NCBI GenBank assembly: GCA_045595285.1
Contig: JAZOAC010000164.1
Coordinates: 11,386-75,385 of the forward strand
DNA length: 64,000 bases
Source of the DNA: Kiritimatiellia bacterium
Lineage (GTDB): Bacteria > Verrucomicrobiota > Kiritimatiellia > RFP12 > UBA1067
Reading direction: 5' to 3'
Within the stretch, counting starts at the first letter, position 1. The number at the start of each line of letters is the position of its first letter. A model generated the notes under the pieces. It saw nothing but the letters and a program-made list of their open reading frames with translations, made no database searches and had not been told where the DNA came from. Below, in pieces: positions 38,472 through 48,541 of this stretch. The translations under genes and the position numbers were made by a program.

Positions 38472-40880
38472 TTATTTTTCATTTCTTGAAGACGAAGATA
38501 CGCGCCATTCAGGCACCGAAAGAAGACCGCACGGACGCGGCTCGTTCGTACCGTAATATTTTCCACCTTCTGGCGCAGCGGCGCCGAACAGCGGTGCAAG
38601 AGATGTATAGACGCCAATTTCCAACTCAAGGCGCTTCCCGCATAAATCCTGCGGCACACGCCATGAGAAATCACCCCAGCCGACCGCGCCCAAATCGCGA
38701 CCGCCCAACTTCACACGCGCAAAATGTCCGCCGGTTTCGATACAAAGCCGCACTTCGCGCCCTTCCGGCACATCCACATTCCGCTTCCAAGTCGCCTTTC
38801 CGCAAAATCCGGCGAGCCCGTACGACTCCAATGCACCAGCCTTCACCTGCGTAGGCACAGGCAGAATCTTTCCGCTCTTTTCCGAGAAGTCGCCCGCGAT
38901 AAATGCCGCAGGAAGAAACCAGTTCTGATCCTTCATCCCCTTTGGAAGCTTGAATACATGTTCGCCCTCACCAAGTGCAAACGGCTGTGACACCTGATAG
39001 AGCTCGTTGAATGAAGGACGAAGCAGATTGCATTTTTGAGACACCGCCACCTCTTTGCCGTCGATAGTCACTGCCGCTCCTCGCGTAACAATCCTCAATC
39101 CGGAAACAGGCTGTTTCAGAACGAGACGACAGAATCCATTCGTGTCGAACGGCAGGCGAAGCGTAGGCTTAGCGCTTAGGTTCAACTCCCAGTCGCCGCC
39201 GATTTCGATGCGCTTCCCAGCGCGTTTCTTCTCCGGCTCACCGCGCATCCGAACATACGCATGCGACCCGTCGGAGTAATTTCTTACGATCGTATCGCGA
39301 GCAAGCGTACCGTCAGCTTCTTTGAGGATGAAGCGTTCGGGGATGCGTTTGCGGGTCCAGTCCGGAACGTTCTCGAAGGATGCGAACGTTTTCCCGGTGC
39401 GCTCTTCACGGACAGCATCTCCATCAAACGAGAAAACCACCGGCGCGGATGTATCGTCCTCTTCGCGGATGAGTTCAACGCCGATCTGCGCACATTCAAG
39501 CGTTCGCAGAAGATTGATCACCGGCGGATATTTAGGCTTCCTGAAGCCTGCATTGTCAATGGCGATCTGCCTGCGCGGGAAACGTACGGCCACATCCAGA
39601 ACCGCTCTTTTCTCCGCCGTCTTCGCCACCTCATCGGCGGCGTCGAGAAACAGAGAAAACTCCTCGAACCACGGCTGAAATTCACCGATGGTCGTGGTGA
39701 AGCCATGCATTTCATCCATCCATGAAGCATCCATCGCGCTCATCACCGTGAAATACCGCGTAATCCCGTAGAGTCCGCAAAGACGGATCATTTTCAGACA
39801 TTCCCCCGGCGTCATATTGGCCGGACCGCAGGCGAAAAGCTCCGCCATGCCGCCGCGTCCGTTCTTGCGGATTGCGTATTGCGCAGTATGAAATGTAAGC
39901 CACTGAAACTTTTCAGGATTGGTTTTGGTGCGGATTTCATCAATGCCGGGGAATGAAAGCGCAGAAAGAGTTTCAAGCGGATCGCCATTGAACCGCACAC
40001 TGACCGCCGGATTGTCTTCGCTGATCATGTGACCGGTGGAAAGAATCCCGTTCGCATCCGCCCAGCCGGTGAGCCTGTCGAAATACACGCTTTTGAACCG
40101 CCTGGCATAAAGCGTATTGTACCGAACCCACACTTCAGCATTGGCCTTGTCGGCGGAATCGGCCCAAGCTTCAACATCCGCACGGAAATTTCCGCCGAAA
40201 GCCTTCGCATAGTCCTCCTCCAGCCCCTCGTACCAGCGAAACGACGCGACCGTACCTTCCGGCAGATCGATCGGAGCGCGATGAAACGGTTCATCGGTGA
40301 AAATTCCGCGGATAACGCCGTTAGTGAAGTATGGCGCAAGTTCGCGACGGTAGGCTTCGTGCGTAAGTTCAACGAAGCGCTCCACCGCACGCGGCTCCAG
40401 CAGATTCGACCATCCGCGCTTGCCGTCACCGGAGATCATGCCGACATCTGCAGGACGCGCAAAATTACGCGACCAGACAAATTTGCCGTTTTGCTTCGCA
40501 CAGGTGAGCTGCACCAGTTTGAAATCGTCGCTTTCCGCCGGTACACGCCCCAGGCAAGTGCCGCTGGGCCAGTTGTACTCGTCATAGAGCCACATTTTCA
40601 TATTGCGCCGCCGGGCGCCTTCGGCAAAGGCCCGCGCCACATCGAAGAATTCACTTCCGAGATAATCGAGCTTAAGTCCGCTGACCGGATACAGCATAAA
40701 CGAATCAATGCCCCCCGCGGCCAGTGCCGACAGTTTCCTTTCCACATCGGCAACCGTCGGACGGCCGTTCATCGCCATAAACATGGTTATGCTTCGTTCG
40801 TTCTCGGAAGCCGCCAATACACCCCCGGCAAATAAGACCAAAGTTGCAATGCTGTATCTTATGGAAAATAATTTATTCAT
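38472..40880 (-). CDS. GH106-like glycoside hydrolase, exported
   Basis: WLYDEYNWPSG, GIFTDEP, GHMISE, PGIDEI, ELFA; paralog of 48542..51166. Confidence 0.7.
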   Translation of the reverse strand: MNKLFSIRYSIATLVLFAGGVLAASENERSITMFMAMNGRPTVADVERKLSALAAGGIDSFMLYPVSGLKLDYLGSEFFDVARAFAEGARRRNMKMWLYDEYNWPSGTCLGRVPAESDDFKLVQLTCAKQNGKFVWSRNFARPADVGMISGDGKRGWSNLLEPRAVERFVELTHEAYRRELAPYFTNGVIRGIFTDEPFHRAPIDLPEGTVASFRWYEGLEEDYAKAFGGNFRADVEAWADSADKANAEVWVRYNTLYARRFKSVYFDRLTGWADANGILSTGHMISEDNPAVSVRFNGDPLETLSALSFPGIDEIRTKTNPEKFQWLTFHTAQYAIRKNGRGGMAELFACGPANMTPGECLKMIRLCGLYGITRYFTVMSAMDASWMDEMHGFTTTIGEFQPWFEEFSLFLDAADEVAKTAEKRAVLDVAVRFPRRQIAIDNAGFRKPKYPPVINLLRTLECAQIGVELIREEDDTSAPVVFSFDGDAVREERTGKTFASFENVPDWTRKRIPERFILKEADGTLARDTIVRNYSDGSHAYVRMRGEPEKKRAGKRIEIGGDWELNLSAKPTLRLPFDTNGFCRLVLKQPVSGLRIVTRGAAVTIDGKEVAVSQKCNLLRPSFNELYQVSQPFALGEGEHVFKLPKGMKDQNWFLPAAFIAGDFSEKSGKILPVPTQVKAGALESYGLAGFCGKATWKRNVDVPEGREVRLCIETGGHFARVKLGGRDLGAVGWGDFSWRVPQDLCGKRLELEIGVYTSLAPLFGAAAPEGGKYYGTNEPRPCGLLSVPEWRVSSSSRNEK

Positions 40881-40892
40881 GTTTGTCTTCTG

Positions 40893-41936
40893 TCACACAA
40901 ATTCGATTTCGTTCACTTTTCCCTCGAAGTTTCCGCCGGCGACAATCATCGGCACTCCGTTCCAGGAAGTGCGGATGTCAGTATGCAGATGACCGCAGAG
41001 AATCGCCTTTATTTGATCCTTGTGGCTTCTCAGTTCATCCATAAAGGCGGCATCGCGGTCGGTCTGAAGATGCGGTCCAAAGCCTTTTATTATCTTTGGC
41101 TTTTTGCCGTACTTGGCGGCTTTCTGTTTGATACGTTCCTGCACAAATTCTCTCATTTCCGGCGTGTCCAACGGCTTGTGGCACATAAGCACCACCGGAA
41201 GCCCCTTTGCGAACTCCGCCCGCATCAACTCAAGCCTCTCGCGCAGATGCCACCTTTCAAGCCCGCCATTGTCGTATGCGACAAAATTCACTCCGTTCAC
41301 CACCTTGGACGCGACCAGCAGCGGATGCCCCATCGCATTTTCGTAGCGACCGCGCAGGGCAAGCGCCGCTTCGGCCGAATCTGGATTCATGTCCTTCGCG
41401 TGATGGCCAAACCCTTCATGATTGCCAAGAGCGGAAAAAACATCCTGTCCGGCAAAAGAATTCGCAATGCAGCTGATGTTCGCCTCGCTGCGGTAATCAA
41501 ACAGATCTCCGGTGTTCAAAAGCGGCATCTTGCGCCGTGCGGCATAGGCAAGGGTCGCCGCCAGCGTTTGCACCGAAACCGGGAAACGCGGCTGACGCGC
41601 CTCGAAAAGCGTAAGCGAGCGCGCGTTGCCTTCCATGATATCCCGCGCATCCGACATCGACACGTGCGTATCGGAGAAATGCAGCGCGGAGAAAGGCTTA
41701 TCCGCCCCCACTTTCAAGGTAAGCCTGGAAACCTTAAGATACTTCTCCGTCAAATACGAAGAAAAATCCTTGGCGTCCGGCGAAACGCCGCCGGCAAAGA
41801 CCGACAGCGGCTTCACCGCTTGGGCAAGCGCCGCCCCAAAGGCGAGCTTGAGCAGACTCCTTCGATCTGTGCCGAATAACGTTCTTCCGTCTCTCATGTT
41901 TTCGTCTTCCCTTTTCCCGCCGAACTTCATCGTCAT
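40893..41936 (-). CDS. Calcineurin-like metallophosphoesterase, Tat-like signal
   Basis: DRRSLL; FSDTH, TGDLFD, LGNHE, CHKP, CGHLH. Confidence 0.88.
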   Translation of the reverse strand: MTMKFGGKREDENMRDGRTLFGTDRRSLLKLAFGAALAQAVKPLSVFAGGVSPDAKDFSSYLTEKYLKVSRLTLKVGADKPFSALHFSDTHVSMSDARDIMEGNARSLTLFEARQPRFPVSVQTLAATLAYAARRKMPLLNTGDLFDYRSEANISCIANSFAGQDVFSALGNHEGFGHHAKDMNPDSAEAALALRGRYENAMGHPLLVASKVVNGVNFVAYDNGGLERWHLRERLELMRAEFAKGLPVVLMCHKPLDTPEMREFVQERIKQKAAKYGKKPKIIKGFGPHLQTDRDAAFMDELRSHKDQIKAILCGHLHTDIRTSWNGVPMIVAGGNFEGKVNEIEFV

Positions 41937-43414
41937 CAGGCGTTTTCAGAAAATTTCCAGCCGGTGCCGATCGCGCGGCCATTCTTTCCGAATTCACCGA
42001 GCGGCGTAACGGTGAAGGCAATTTCACCCCCGTCACGGTCGGCAAACGTCTCCGCCTGAAAGCGGCAAGTCACCGGCTCGACATCGAAAGAAGAAGCCAT
42101 CAGCGCGTTCGGCGAATACACGCGAAGCGATGAGTCACGGCGCGTTCCGTCCTTGCCTTTCCAGACGGCCTCTACCAGGAAGTCGAGCGCCCGGGCACCT
42201 TTGACAGAAATTCCATTCACCGGAGGGAAGGAAACCTCAACCTGCGGATCCTTCTCTCCTATGCGGTTAAACCCTTCCGGCAGATATCGCACCGACACCT
42301 TCGCTCCGGCGGCGAATTCCGGCGGTCTCGACGTCGCGCGGCGGCTTTCGACGAGATAGGGGCGATTTGCCGAGTATCCGAGCGGAATCACCCAATCTTC
42401 ACCGAGACTGATACCATTCTTCAAATCCCGCCTTTCAAGCACAATCCGATCGTCATAGACTTCCATAAGCATTCCCTGCTGGCACGAGTGGAAGTCGATC
42501 GGCGGCATCGTGAGTGGCGGACGCTGACGGCTGTCAGTTCCAAAATGTCCGTTCGCGTGACCGGGCGGAGTTCTGGCATATCCTGCCGAGGAGCTGCATC
42601 CTATGGATGTGAACGAACCTTGCCATATGGTACTTCCGAACAGGAGCGAATAGTGCGAATGTCCCGAGAACGCGACGGCATTAGGATATTTCTCAAGGAC
42701 GCGATAGGCAGTGCCGTCATCGAATATCCCTTTTCCGTCCCAGCTGCATGTACCTGCCGGAGTCTCGTGCTGGCAGAAGAAAAACGGCTTGTCTTTGGGC
42801 AATTCGCCGCCATGCTCCGCGAACCATTCCGGCAGAGGGTTCTTCTCCGGCTTGGCGGTGCAACCGTCCCAGCCGGCATCCTTCAACTTCTTGTCGTTAA
42901 TCCGGGAATGCCAATTGCGAAGAACAAACACGTAACCCTTCACTTCGCGCTTGACGACCGGCGCGTATTCACACCGGAAAAGCTCGCGCCACATTTTCTC
43001 ACGATGGAAATAGAAGCTGTCCTCCACCGCCTTTTTGAGCGGCTTCTTCGCCGTGAGCAGTTTATTGGCATGTCCGTCCACATCATGGTTGCCGGTGATG
43101 AACAAGCGCTCGACCGGAGAGCCGTCGGGCAGTCTGTCGCCGGGGAACACATCGAGCCATACATCCGCAAGCTGCTTAAGCTCCTGAATCTGCCCGCGTG
43201 TACTCAAATCGCCGGCGATCATCACCGCGTCGACCTTACGGTCACGGAAAAATTCAAGCGTCTTGCGCACCGTTACCGCGCGTTCTCTGTTTATGTGCGT
43301 ATCCGAAAGAATACCAACGCGCAAATTCGGCTTCGTACCGGCGGCAAGCGCCTTGAGCGAACACATTGATGAAGCCATCGCCGCACCGACAACAAATCCT
43401 CGTCTTGTAATCAT
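41936..43414 (-). CDS. Calcineurin-like metallophosphoesterase, Tat signal
   Basis: TRRGFV; LSDTH, AGDL, TGNHD, FSGHSH. Confidence 0.88.
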   Translation of the reverse strand: MITRRGFVVGAAMASSMCSLKALAAGTKPNLRVGILSDTHINRERAVTVRKTLEFFRDRKVDAVMIAGDLSTRGQIQELKQLADVWLDVFPGDRLPDGSPVERLFITGNHDVDGHANKLLTAKKPLKKAVEDSFYFHREKMWRELFRCEYAPVVKREVKGYVFVLRNWHSRINDKKLKDAGWDGCTAKPEKNPLPEWFAEHGGELPKDKPFFFCQHETPAGTCSWDGKGIFDDGTAYRVLEKYPNAVAFSGHSHYSLLFGSTIWQGSFTSIGCSSSAGYARTPPGHANGHFGTDSRQRPPLTMPPIDFHSCQQGMLMEVYDDRIVLERRDLKNGISLGEDWVIPLGYSANRPYLVESRRATSRPPEFAAGAKVSVRYLPEGFNRIGEKDPQVEVSFPPVNGISVKGARALDFLVEAVWKGKDGTRRDSSLRVYSPNALMASSFDVEPVTCRFQAETFADRDGGEIAFTVTPLGEFGKNGRAIGTGWKFSENA

Positions 43415-43436
43415 TTCAATATTCCTTTTCCACAAC

Positions 43437-45056
43437 CTACTTTTTAGAACCGGGAAGAAGCGCCGCGACGACGCTCTCCATTTCCCAGTCCGTCACACCG
43501 CATTCGCACAAAAACGCCTGAACACGCTCCTTGACGGTTGCGCCGGGATATTTCGCCAGCATTGAGTGCAGCCGGTCGATGCATTTCTCATGCACAAACC
43601 TGAGACGCGGCGTATAGCAGCAGGTAAGCTCCCAATCCTTGACCAGTGTGTCATCATCCACATCGCACAACGCCTGGATGAAAAACGCAAGGCATCCCGT
43701 CCGGTCCGCACCGCCGATACAGTGGAACACAAGCGGACGGCTCGCGGGATCGGCAAGTATGCCAAAGACCTCTTTTACCGATTTCTTGAAAGCCGGCCTT
43801 TTCTCGAACTCATTGTAATGCCCGAAAGAATGATGACGCCAACTTACTTTTTCTCCAATGGGAGAACCGGTCATTCCCCAACATTCCGAATCACTGCGAA
43901 GATCGATATCGGTCTTAAGGCCAAGCTTCTCCAAGGCAACTTTTCTGCCCGCTTCCGTCAGCCGACTCTTGCCCGCCTTCCATTCAGACTCCGGCGTACC
44001 CTTTTTCGTGACTGCGTTGTCGTTCCATCCCGCAGAACGGTAGAAAACACCTCTTCTCAACTCAATACCGTTTTTATTGACGATGCCGCCGACATCTCTC
44101 AGGTTCGGAATATTCTCGACCCGTACCCAGCGCGAAAGAAGCCCCTTGCCGTCGGGATAGTTCGCCTTGAACGCCTTCCTGCGGAAACGCATGTCTTTGA
44201 AGAGTCTGCGCCGCTCTAACGCCGGCTTTTCAAGGAATTCGGCAACCGTAGGAATCTTTGCCGCGCAATTTTCAGTGACACCGTCAGGAAGTCGCACCTT
44301 GGCCACCAACGGAAAATGATCGGTATTAAGCACATAATCTTCCAAAACCCTGAAATCCTTGAACGTGAGATTCGTCGAAATGATGATGTTGTCGGCCGGG
44401 ATATTCCGCAGCGTCGCCTTCACACCGTATTTTTCAGAACAATTGGCAACAGTAAAGCCGGATTTGCCGAATATGTCGTATTCCCAAGGCTTCTGCGCGT
44501 TGAAATCACCGGCAAGCACGGCAAAGTCAAACCTTTTCGCATCCTCAATAAGTTCCTTGAATTGAATCTGACGGAGCTTCTGCGAAAACGACATTTCCCC
44601 TTCGGCAGGTTTTGGAGCACGGATATGGCCTTCTGCGACAAGATGCACTCCATAAACGGCCAATGTCTTTCCGCCCATGTCGTAGGTAAGGCGCAAAGCC
44701 CGGTGGCGTGGCGTCCTGCATACGCTCTGGCCGACGTCGATGCAATTCGCCAAGACAACCACATCGACGGCGGCCGGATCATTTTTAGCCGAGGCGCGTA
44801 TGTCGAATTTAGGACAGGATATGTTTCCCAACCTGCCCTTGCCGACATCTTCGAAAAAGAATACATCCTGCGGCCAATCCTTTGCAAACTTCAGCCAAGA
44901 AGCCTTGAAGTCGGATTCGGACGCACGGTTCTTCCCATAGCGGAACGCACCGCAGTTCACGCATCCCACGGTGAATTCTTCGGCGGCATTGCAAACCGAA
45001 GAAAACAGCAGTGCAACCAATGCTGCGCCAACAGCAAATTTACGTCTCGCCACCAC
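43437..45056 (-). CDS. Fusion: endonuclease/exonuclease/phosphatase domain + tyrosine phosphatase-family domain
   Basis: GVHL, AGDFNA, ADNI, TDHFPL; then NLRDVGG, IDLRSDSE, P-loop HCIGGADRTG. Confidence 0.82.
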   Translation of the reverse strand: MVARRKFAVGAALVALLFSSVCNAAEEFTVGCVNCGAFRYGKNRASESDFKASWLKFAKDWPQDVFFFEDVGKGRLGNISCPKFDIRASAKNDPAAVDVVVLANCIDVGQSVCRTPRHRALRLTYDMGGKTLAVYGVHLVAEGHIRAPKPAEGEMSFSQKLRQIQFKELIEDAKRFDFAVLAGDFNAQKPWEYDIFGKSGFTVANCSEKYGVKATLRNIPADNIIISTNLTFKDFRVLEDYVLNTDHFPLVAKVRLPDGVTENCAAKIPTVAEFLEKPALERRRLFKDMRFRRKAFKANYPDGKGLLSRWVRVENIPNLRDVGGIVNKNGIELRRGVFYRSAGWNDNAVTKKGTPESEWKAGKSRLTEAGRKVALEKLGLKTDIDLRSDSECWGMTGSPIGEKVSWRHHSFGHYNEFEKRPAFKKSVKEVFGILADPASRPLVFHCIGGADRTGCLAFFIQALCDVDDDTLVKDWELTCCYTPRLRFVHEKCIDRLHSMLAKYPGATVKERVQAFLCECGVTDWEMESVVAALLPGSKK

Positions 45057-45090
45057 TAGACTTCAAGCTCCTGTGACTCCAAAAACTGCT

Positions 45091-46605
45091 TTACCGCACA
45101 TTCCCTATTACCGGACAGAACAGACGAACGCCGATATAGCCATACCTTACTCTAGGTTTATTATTAGGGGAAGTAAGTTGATATTGATATCGGCGATCCA
45201 AACCTTCACTCTCCAGTGCGGCTTCAGGGGTACCACCTTCTCTCCAATTCCATCCACGAACCATATTCCGTCCAGTATCGTTAACACCATAAGGATCAAC
45301 GGTAACGGCACCAGTATCCCATCCGGGCTCTAAGGATGCTTTAAATCTAGGCAGATCTTCACTTCCAGTACCGCGGAAATCAAGGCAGATTTCGCTTACA
45401 TTTCCAAGTACATCATAAAGCCCCCAATCATTGGGCTTGAGCGAGCCAACCGGCATTGGACCCGTCACCCCTAAGCCATTATGCATATATTGGTTTCCCC
45501 GAATGGAAGCAAAAAGATATGCATTATTCTGCGAATATTCCATATTGCAAGGAAGCCGCGTATTGGAACCTGCCCGCGCAGCAAATTCCCATTGTGCCTC
45601 TGAAGGCAGATCCAAATTGACGATACCTGTACGCTTACGGAGAATATCGATTACACTGCCGTGAGCAACCTCATGTCCTCGCTGGAAATACTGATAATAT
45701 TTTTTCTTTTCTTCTTCGGCGGCAAAATCCTTTCCATAAAACGTGCTCATATACCCATAAAATTTGCTATATCCGTTAAGACCTCGCAAATACTCAATGT
45801 AGTGTCCTATCCGTTCCGCCGGAAGCAAATCGGCTACTTCACTTTGTGCATAATCGGTAAAATTTGTTTTGGGGAACTTATCGAAGGCATCTGCAGCCTT
45901 GAGCTGACCTATTGTCAATTCAAACACTCCGGCATAATAATCTTCCGTCAACTTAACTTTATGCGGCACATGATTTACCGTATCCCAACCATCATCACCT
46001 ATCCGCATCGGGGAACCCATCCACCACTCAACATTCTTTGCGGGAATCTTGCGCATCAGCAGTTTAGAGGTCTTGTATTCCACATTGTCAAAACCGCCCG
46101 GAAGATCGTTGGTGGAAGCATAGTACCTTACGAACTTTCCATGCCGCAAATCCGCTACCATATAATTTGGTGGCGTATTGGTGGGCCATGCGGTCGCAGT
46201 AACACGAATTGCGCCTGGTTCAAATTTTTTTCTGCCGAATACCGGCACCGGATTCCAGTACGCCTTTACCGGCTGATCAAGCGTATAAACAACCTTATTG
46301 GCTTCGCCGCCAAGAACTCCAGTACCCTTGCCTCCAATAGACACCCAGTCGCCTGAAGCGTCTGCAAGCGTGTTCGTTTCGATGTTGATGGTGACAACCG
46401 CCGGCTCTCCGGTCAAGGTATAGGTTATCTCGGCTAAGGCACCGGTCTGCCCAATCGCAATAGAATCCGCCACAATCTCTGGCTGCACCGCCATTGCAGG
46501 CAAAACTGCAAGCATAGCCAAAAGACCGGCAACCCGAACACACTCTGCGCCTTTGCGCCTCTGCGTTAAAGAATATAACGCCCCAAAACCAATTCGATTA
46601 TTCAT
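45091..46605 (-). CDS. Exported FGE-sulfatase (SUMF1/C-type lectin fold) domain protein
   Basis: WMGSP, HKVKLT, ELTIGQ, LPSEAQWEFAARAG, PNDWGLYDVLGNVSE, YIGVRL; AGGAG RBS before ATG 46605. Confidence 0.85.
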   Translation of the reverse strand: MNNRIGFGALYSLTQRRKGAECVRVAGLLAMLAVLPAMAVQPEIVADSIAIGQTGALAEITYTLTGEPAVVTINIETNTLADASGDWVSIGGKGTGVLGGEANKVVYTLDQPVKAYWNPVPVFGRKKFEPGAIRVTATAWPTNTPPNYMVADLRHGKFVRYYASTNDLPGGFDNVEYKTSKLLMRKIPAKNVEWWMGSPMRIGDDGWDTVNHVPHKVKLTEDYYAGVFELTIGQLKAADAFDKFPKTNFTDYAQSEVADLLPAERIGHYIEYLRGLNGYSKFYGYMSTFYGKDFAAEEEKKKYYQYFQRGHEVAHGSVIDILRKRTGIVNLDLPSEAQWEFAARAGSNTRLPCNMEYSQNNAYLFASIRGNQYMHNGLGVTGPMPVGSLKPNDWGLYDVLGNVSEICLDFRGTGSEDLPRFKASLEPGWDTGAVTVDPYGVNDTGRNMVRGWNWREGGTPEAALESEGLDRRYQYQLTSPNNKPRVRYGYIGVRLFCPVIGNVR

Positions 46606-46674
46606 TGCAATTCTCCTTTCACTCTTTACTCTTTTCTCATTACTCATCACTCATTTCTCATTACTCATCACCCA

Positions 46675-46911
46675 TCACCAAATCCGGATGCTTAAGCCGC
46701 GTATAAACGTACTGAACGCTTCCGCCATATCATCCCACACACTGCAGCTGGCAACTCCCGCAACCTCTGTCGTACTAGTGGATGACTGAACACTCGTTAC
46801 CGGAGCCTGATATGCTGTATCGAAGTTCCAAAACGGTTCCCGCACTGTTTCCTGAGCAGACACAGCACAAAAAACTCCAACAGCAAATGCAAAAACAAAA
46901 ATCCTATTCAT
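46675..46911 (-). CDS. Small exported protein (78 aa) between two FGE-domain genes
   Basis: Signal peptide MNRIFVFAFAVGVFCAVSA, Ser/Thr-rich linker, C-terminus RGLSIRIW; AAAGGA RBS. Confidence 0.7.
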   Translation of the reverse strand: MNRIFVFAFAVGVFCAVSAQETVREPFWNFDTAYQAPVTSVQSSTSTTEVAGVASCSVWDDMAEAFSTFIRGLSIRIW

Positions 46912-46925
46912 CTCAAGTTATCCTT

Positions 46926-48287
46926 TCATTTAAACACCGCTGGTGCGCAAAGTCGGCAACCATGGTAGTTGTATTTCTTGTTATATGTGCCACCCGCACG
47001 ACTTGCCGAACGACAACCATGGTATGCTTGACCATAATGGCCACCCCTCAATATGAAAACGTTTTCACCGCTTGCCTCTCCCACCGTAGGACCAACAGGA
47101 TCAACTGCGACACCGTTAAAAGCATAATCTATCGGCAAAAACGAAGCTGAAGATTGCCAATCCGAATAACGATCCAAACAACGCTCCTGAACATTTCCGT
47201 GCATGTCATAAAGTCCAAAATCATTGCATTGCTTCAACCCGACAATATGCGTCTCGTCACCAGCGTTCACATGATACCAACCGACAAGAGTCATATTTTC
47301 GGGAGAAGAAATGCCTCCGTTGTTGAATGCCGTTGTTGTTCCTGAACGGCAAGCATATTCCCATTGAGCTTCTGTCGGCAAATCAATCCGGTCAAGACCG
47401 CATTTGCTGCGAAGTTTCCCGATTAAGCTCTTGCTATAGATGTTGGTGTAACCGCTCTCTGGCCAAGGCACTATTTCAGGATAGTCATTATCGAATCCCC
47501 CTCTCAAAATATTCACTGACAACTTTTCCGCCGGTCGCATCGGCGAATCGGCAAAATCCTTGAAATTAGACTCGTGACTATAGCCAATCTTGGCCAATTG
47601 GCCTTGCGTCAATTCATACACCCCCATATAGTAGTCGGCGGTAAGCATCACTAAATGCGGAATTTCACTTGCACCACGATTTGCATCTTCACCTTCCGGC
47701 GAACCCATACGCCAGACAACGCCTGCCGCCGGAAAAATCTTGCGCATCAATATGGCATTCGTCTTGTAGTAGTCGCTATTGATGCCGTACGGCACGAAAT
47801 CAGGCTTGGCATAAAGCCGCACATCGTTCTTCGTCTCCAAGCCGATCACTAGATAATCCGGCGGCGCATTGGTGGGCCATGCCGTCACCACGGCGCGAAT
47901 CTGCCCGGCGGGGATACTTTTCTCCGGCCATTCGGCGCGAGACTGCCAAGTGATTTTGCGCGTTCCCGCTCTGATCACCTTATGCACGTCGCCGCTTAAG
48001 GTCTGCAGATTCTCGCCGCCGATGGAAACCCATTCTCCGGAAGCGTCGGCCAAGGTATTGGTTTCGATATCCACCGTAACAATCGCCGGAGCGTTTTTAA
48101 GCTCGTATGATATCGTAGCCTTGGCATTGACCTGCCTGAAATCCACGCTCGACTGCTCAATCACCGGCAGCGCTGCATTCATCCCCATTGACACCATGAA
48201 AGCGGAGAATACAGTCAGGAGTTGCAAAGATGAATGCTTCATATTTGCACCCCCCCCCCTCATTATGTCATTTTTTAGCAGTTTCAT
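46926..48287 (-). CDS. Exported FGE-sulfatase domain protein with G10 tract in N-terminal leader
   Basis: RMGSP, LPTEAQWEYACRSG, FGLYDMHGNVQE, LRGG, HGCRL; start either 48287 or 48242. Confidence 0.85.
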   Translation of the reverse strand: MKLLKNDIMRGGGANMKHSSLQLLTVFSAFMVSMGMNAALPVIEQSSVDFRQVNAKATISYELKNAPAIVTVDIETNTLADASGEWVSIGGENLQTLSGDVHKVIRAGTRKITWQSRAEWPEKSIPAGQIRAVVTAWPTNAPPDYLVIGLETKNDVRLYAKPDFVPYGINSDYYKTNAILMRKIFPAAGVVWRMGSPEGEDANRGASEIPHLVMLTADYYMGVYELTQGQLAKIGYSHESNFKDFADSPMRPAEKLSVNILRGGFDNDYPEIVPWPESGYTNIYSKSLIGKLRSKCGLDRIDLPTEAQWEYACRSGTTTAFNNGGISSPENMTLVGWYHVNAGDETHIVGLKQCNDFGLYDMHGNVQERCLDRYSDWQSSASFLPIDYAFNGVAVDPVGPTVGEASGENVFILRGGHYGQAYHGCRSASRAGGTYNKKYNYHGCRLCAPAVFK

Positions 48288-48361
48288 AGGTTTGCTCCTT
48301 TCTGGTTTTGCGGCTTTTCACAATCAAGTGAGAACAGCCTACAACATCTCATATGTCGCGC

Positions 48362-48434
48362 ATTGTACTAAATGCCGCACATCGGGTTCAATACAAATTT
48401 TCGCAATACTCAATAATATTTTCGCAACTCAAAA
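48362..48434 (-). promoter_or_regulatory. Promoter with direct-repeat operator (copy A)
   Basis: TACAAT at 48367-62; TTTTCGCAA at 48398 and 48419. Confidence 0.7.
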
Positions 48435-48541
48435 AACATAGTTTTGGTTTGGAATTCAGCAACTGACACTAGGAATATGGCTATTGCATAGAACTCTGCT
48501 CAAAGTCGCTCCACCCAAAATCAGGGGTTCCAGTCAAATGA

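Noticed and set aside
45091-48287. Diversity-generating retroelement targeting the FGE/C-type lectin domains
   Set aside because: No reverse transcriptase, Avd or adenine-variant template repeat seen in the window; remote targeting cannot be excluded
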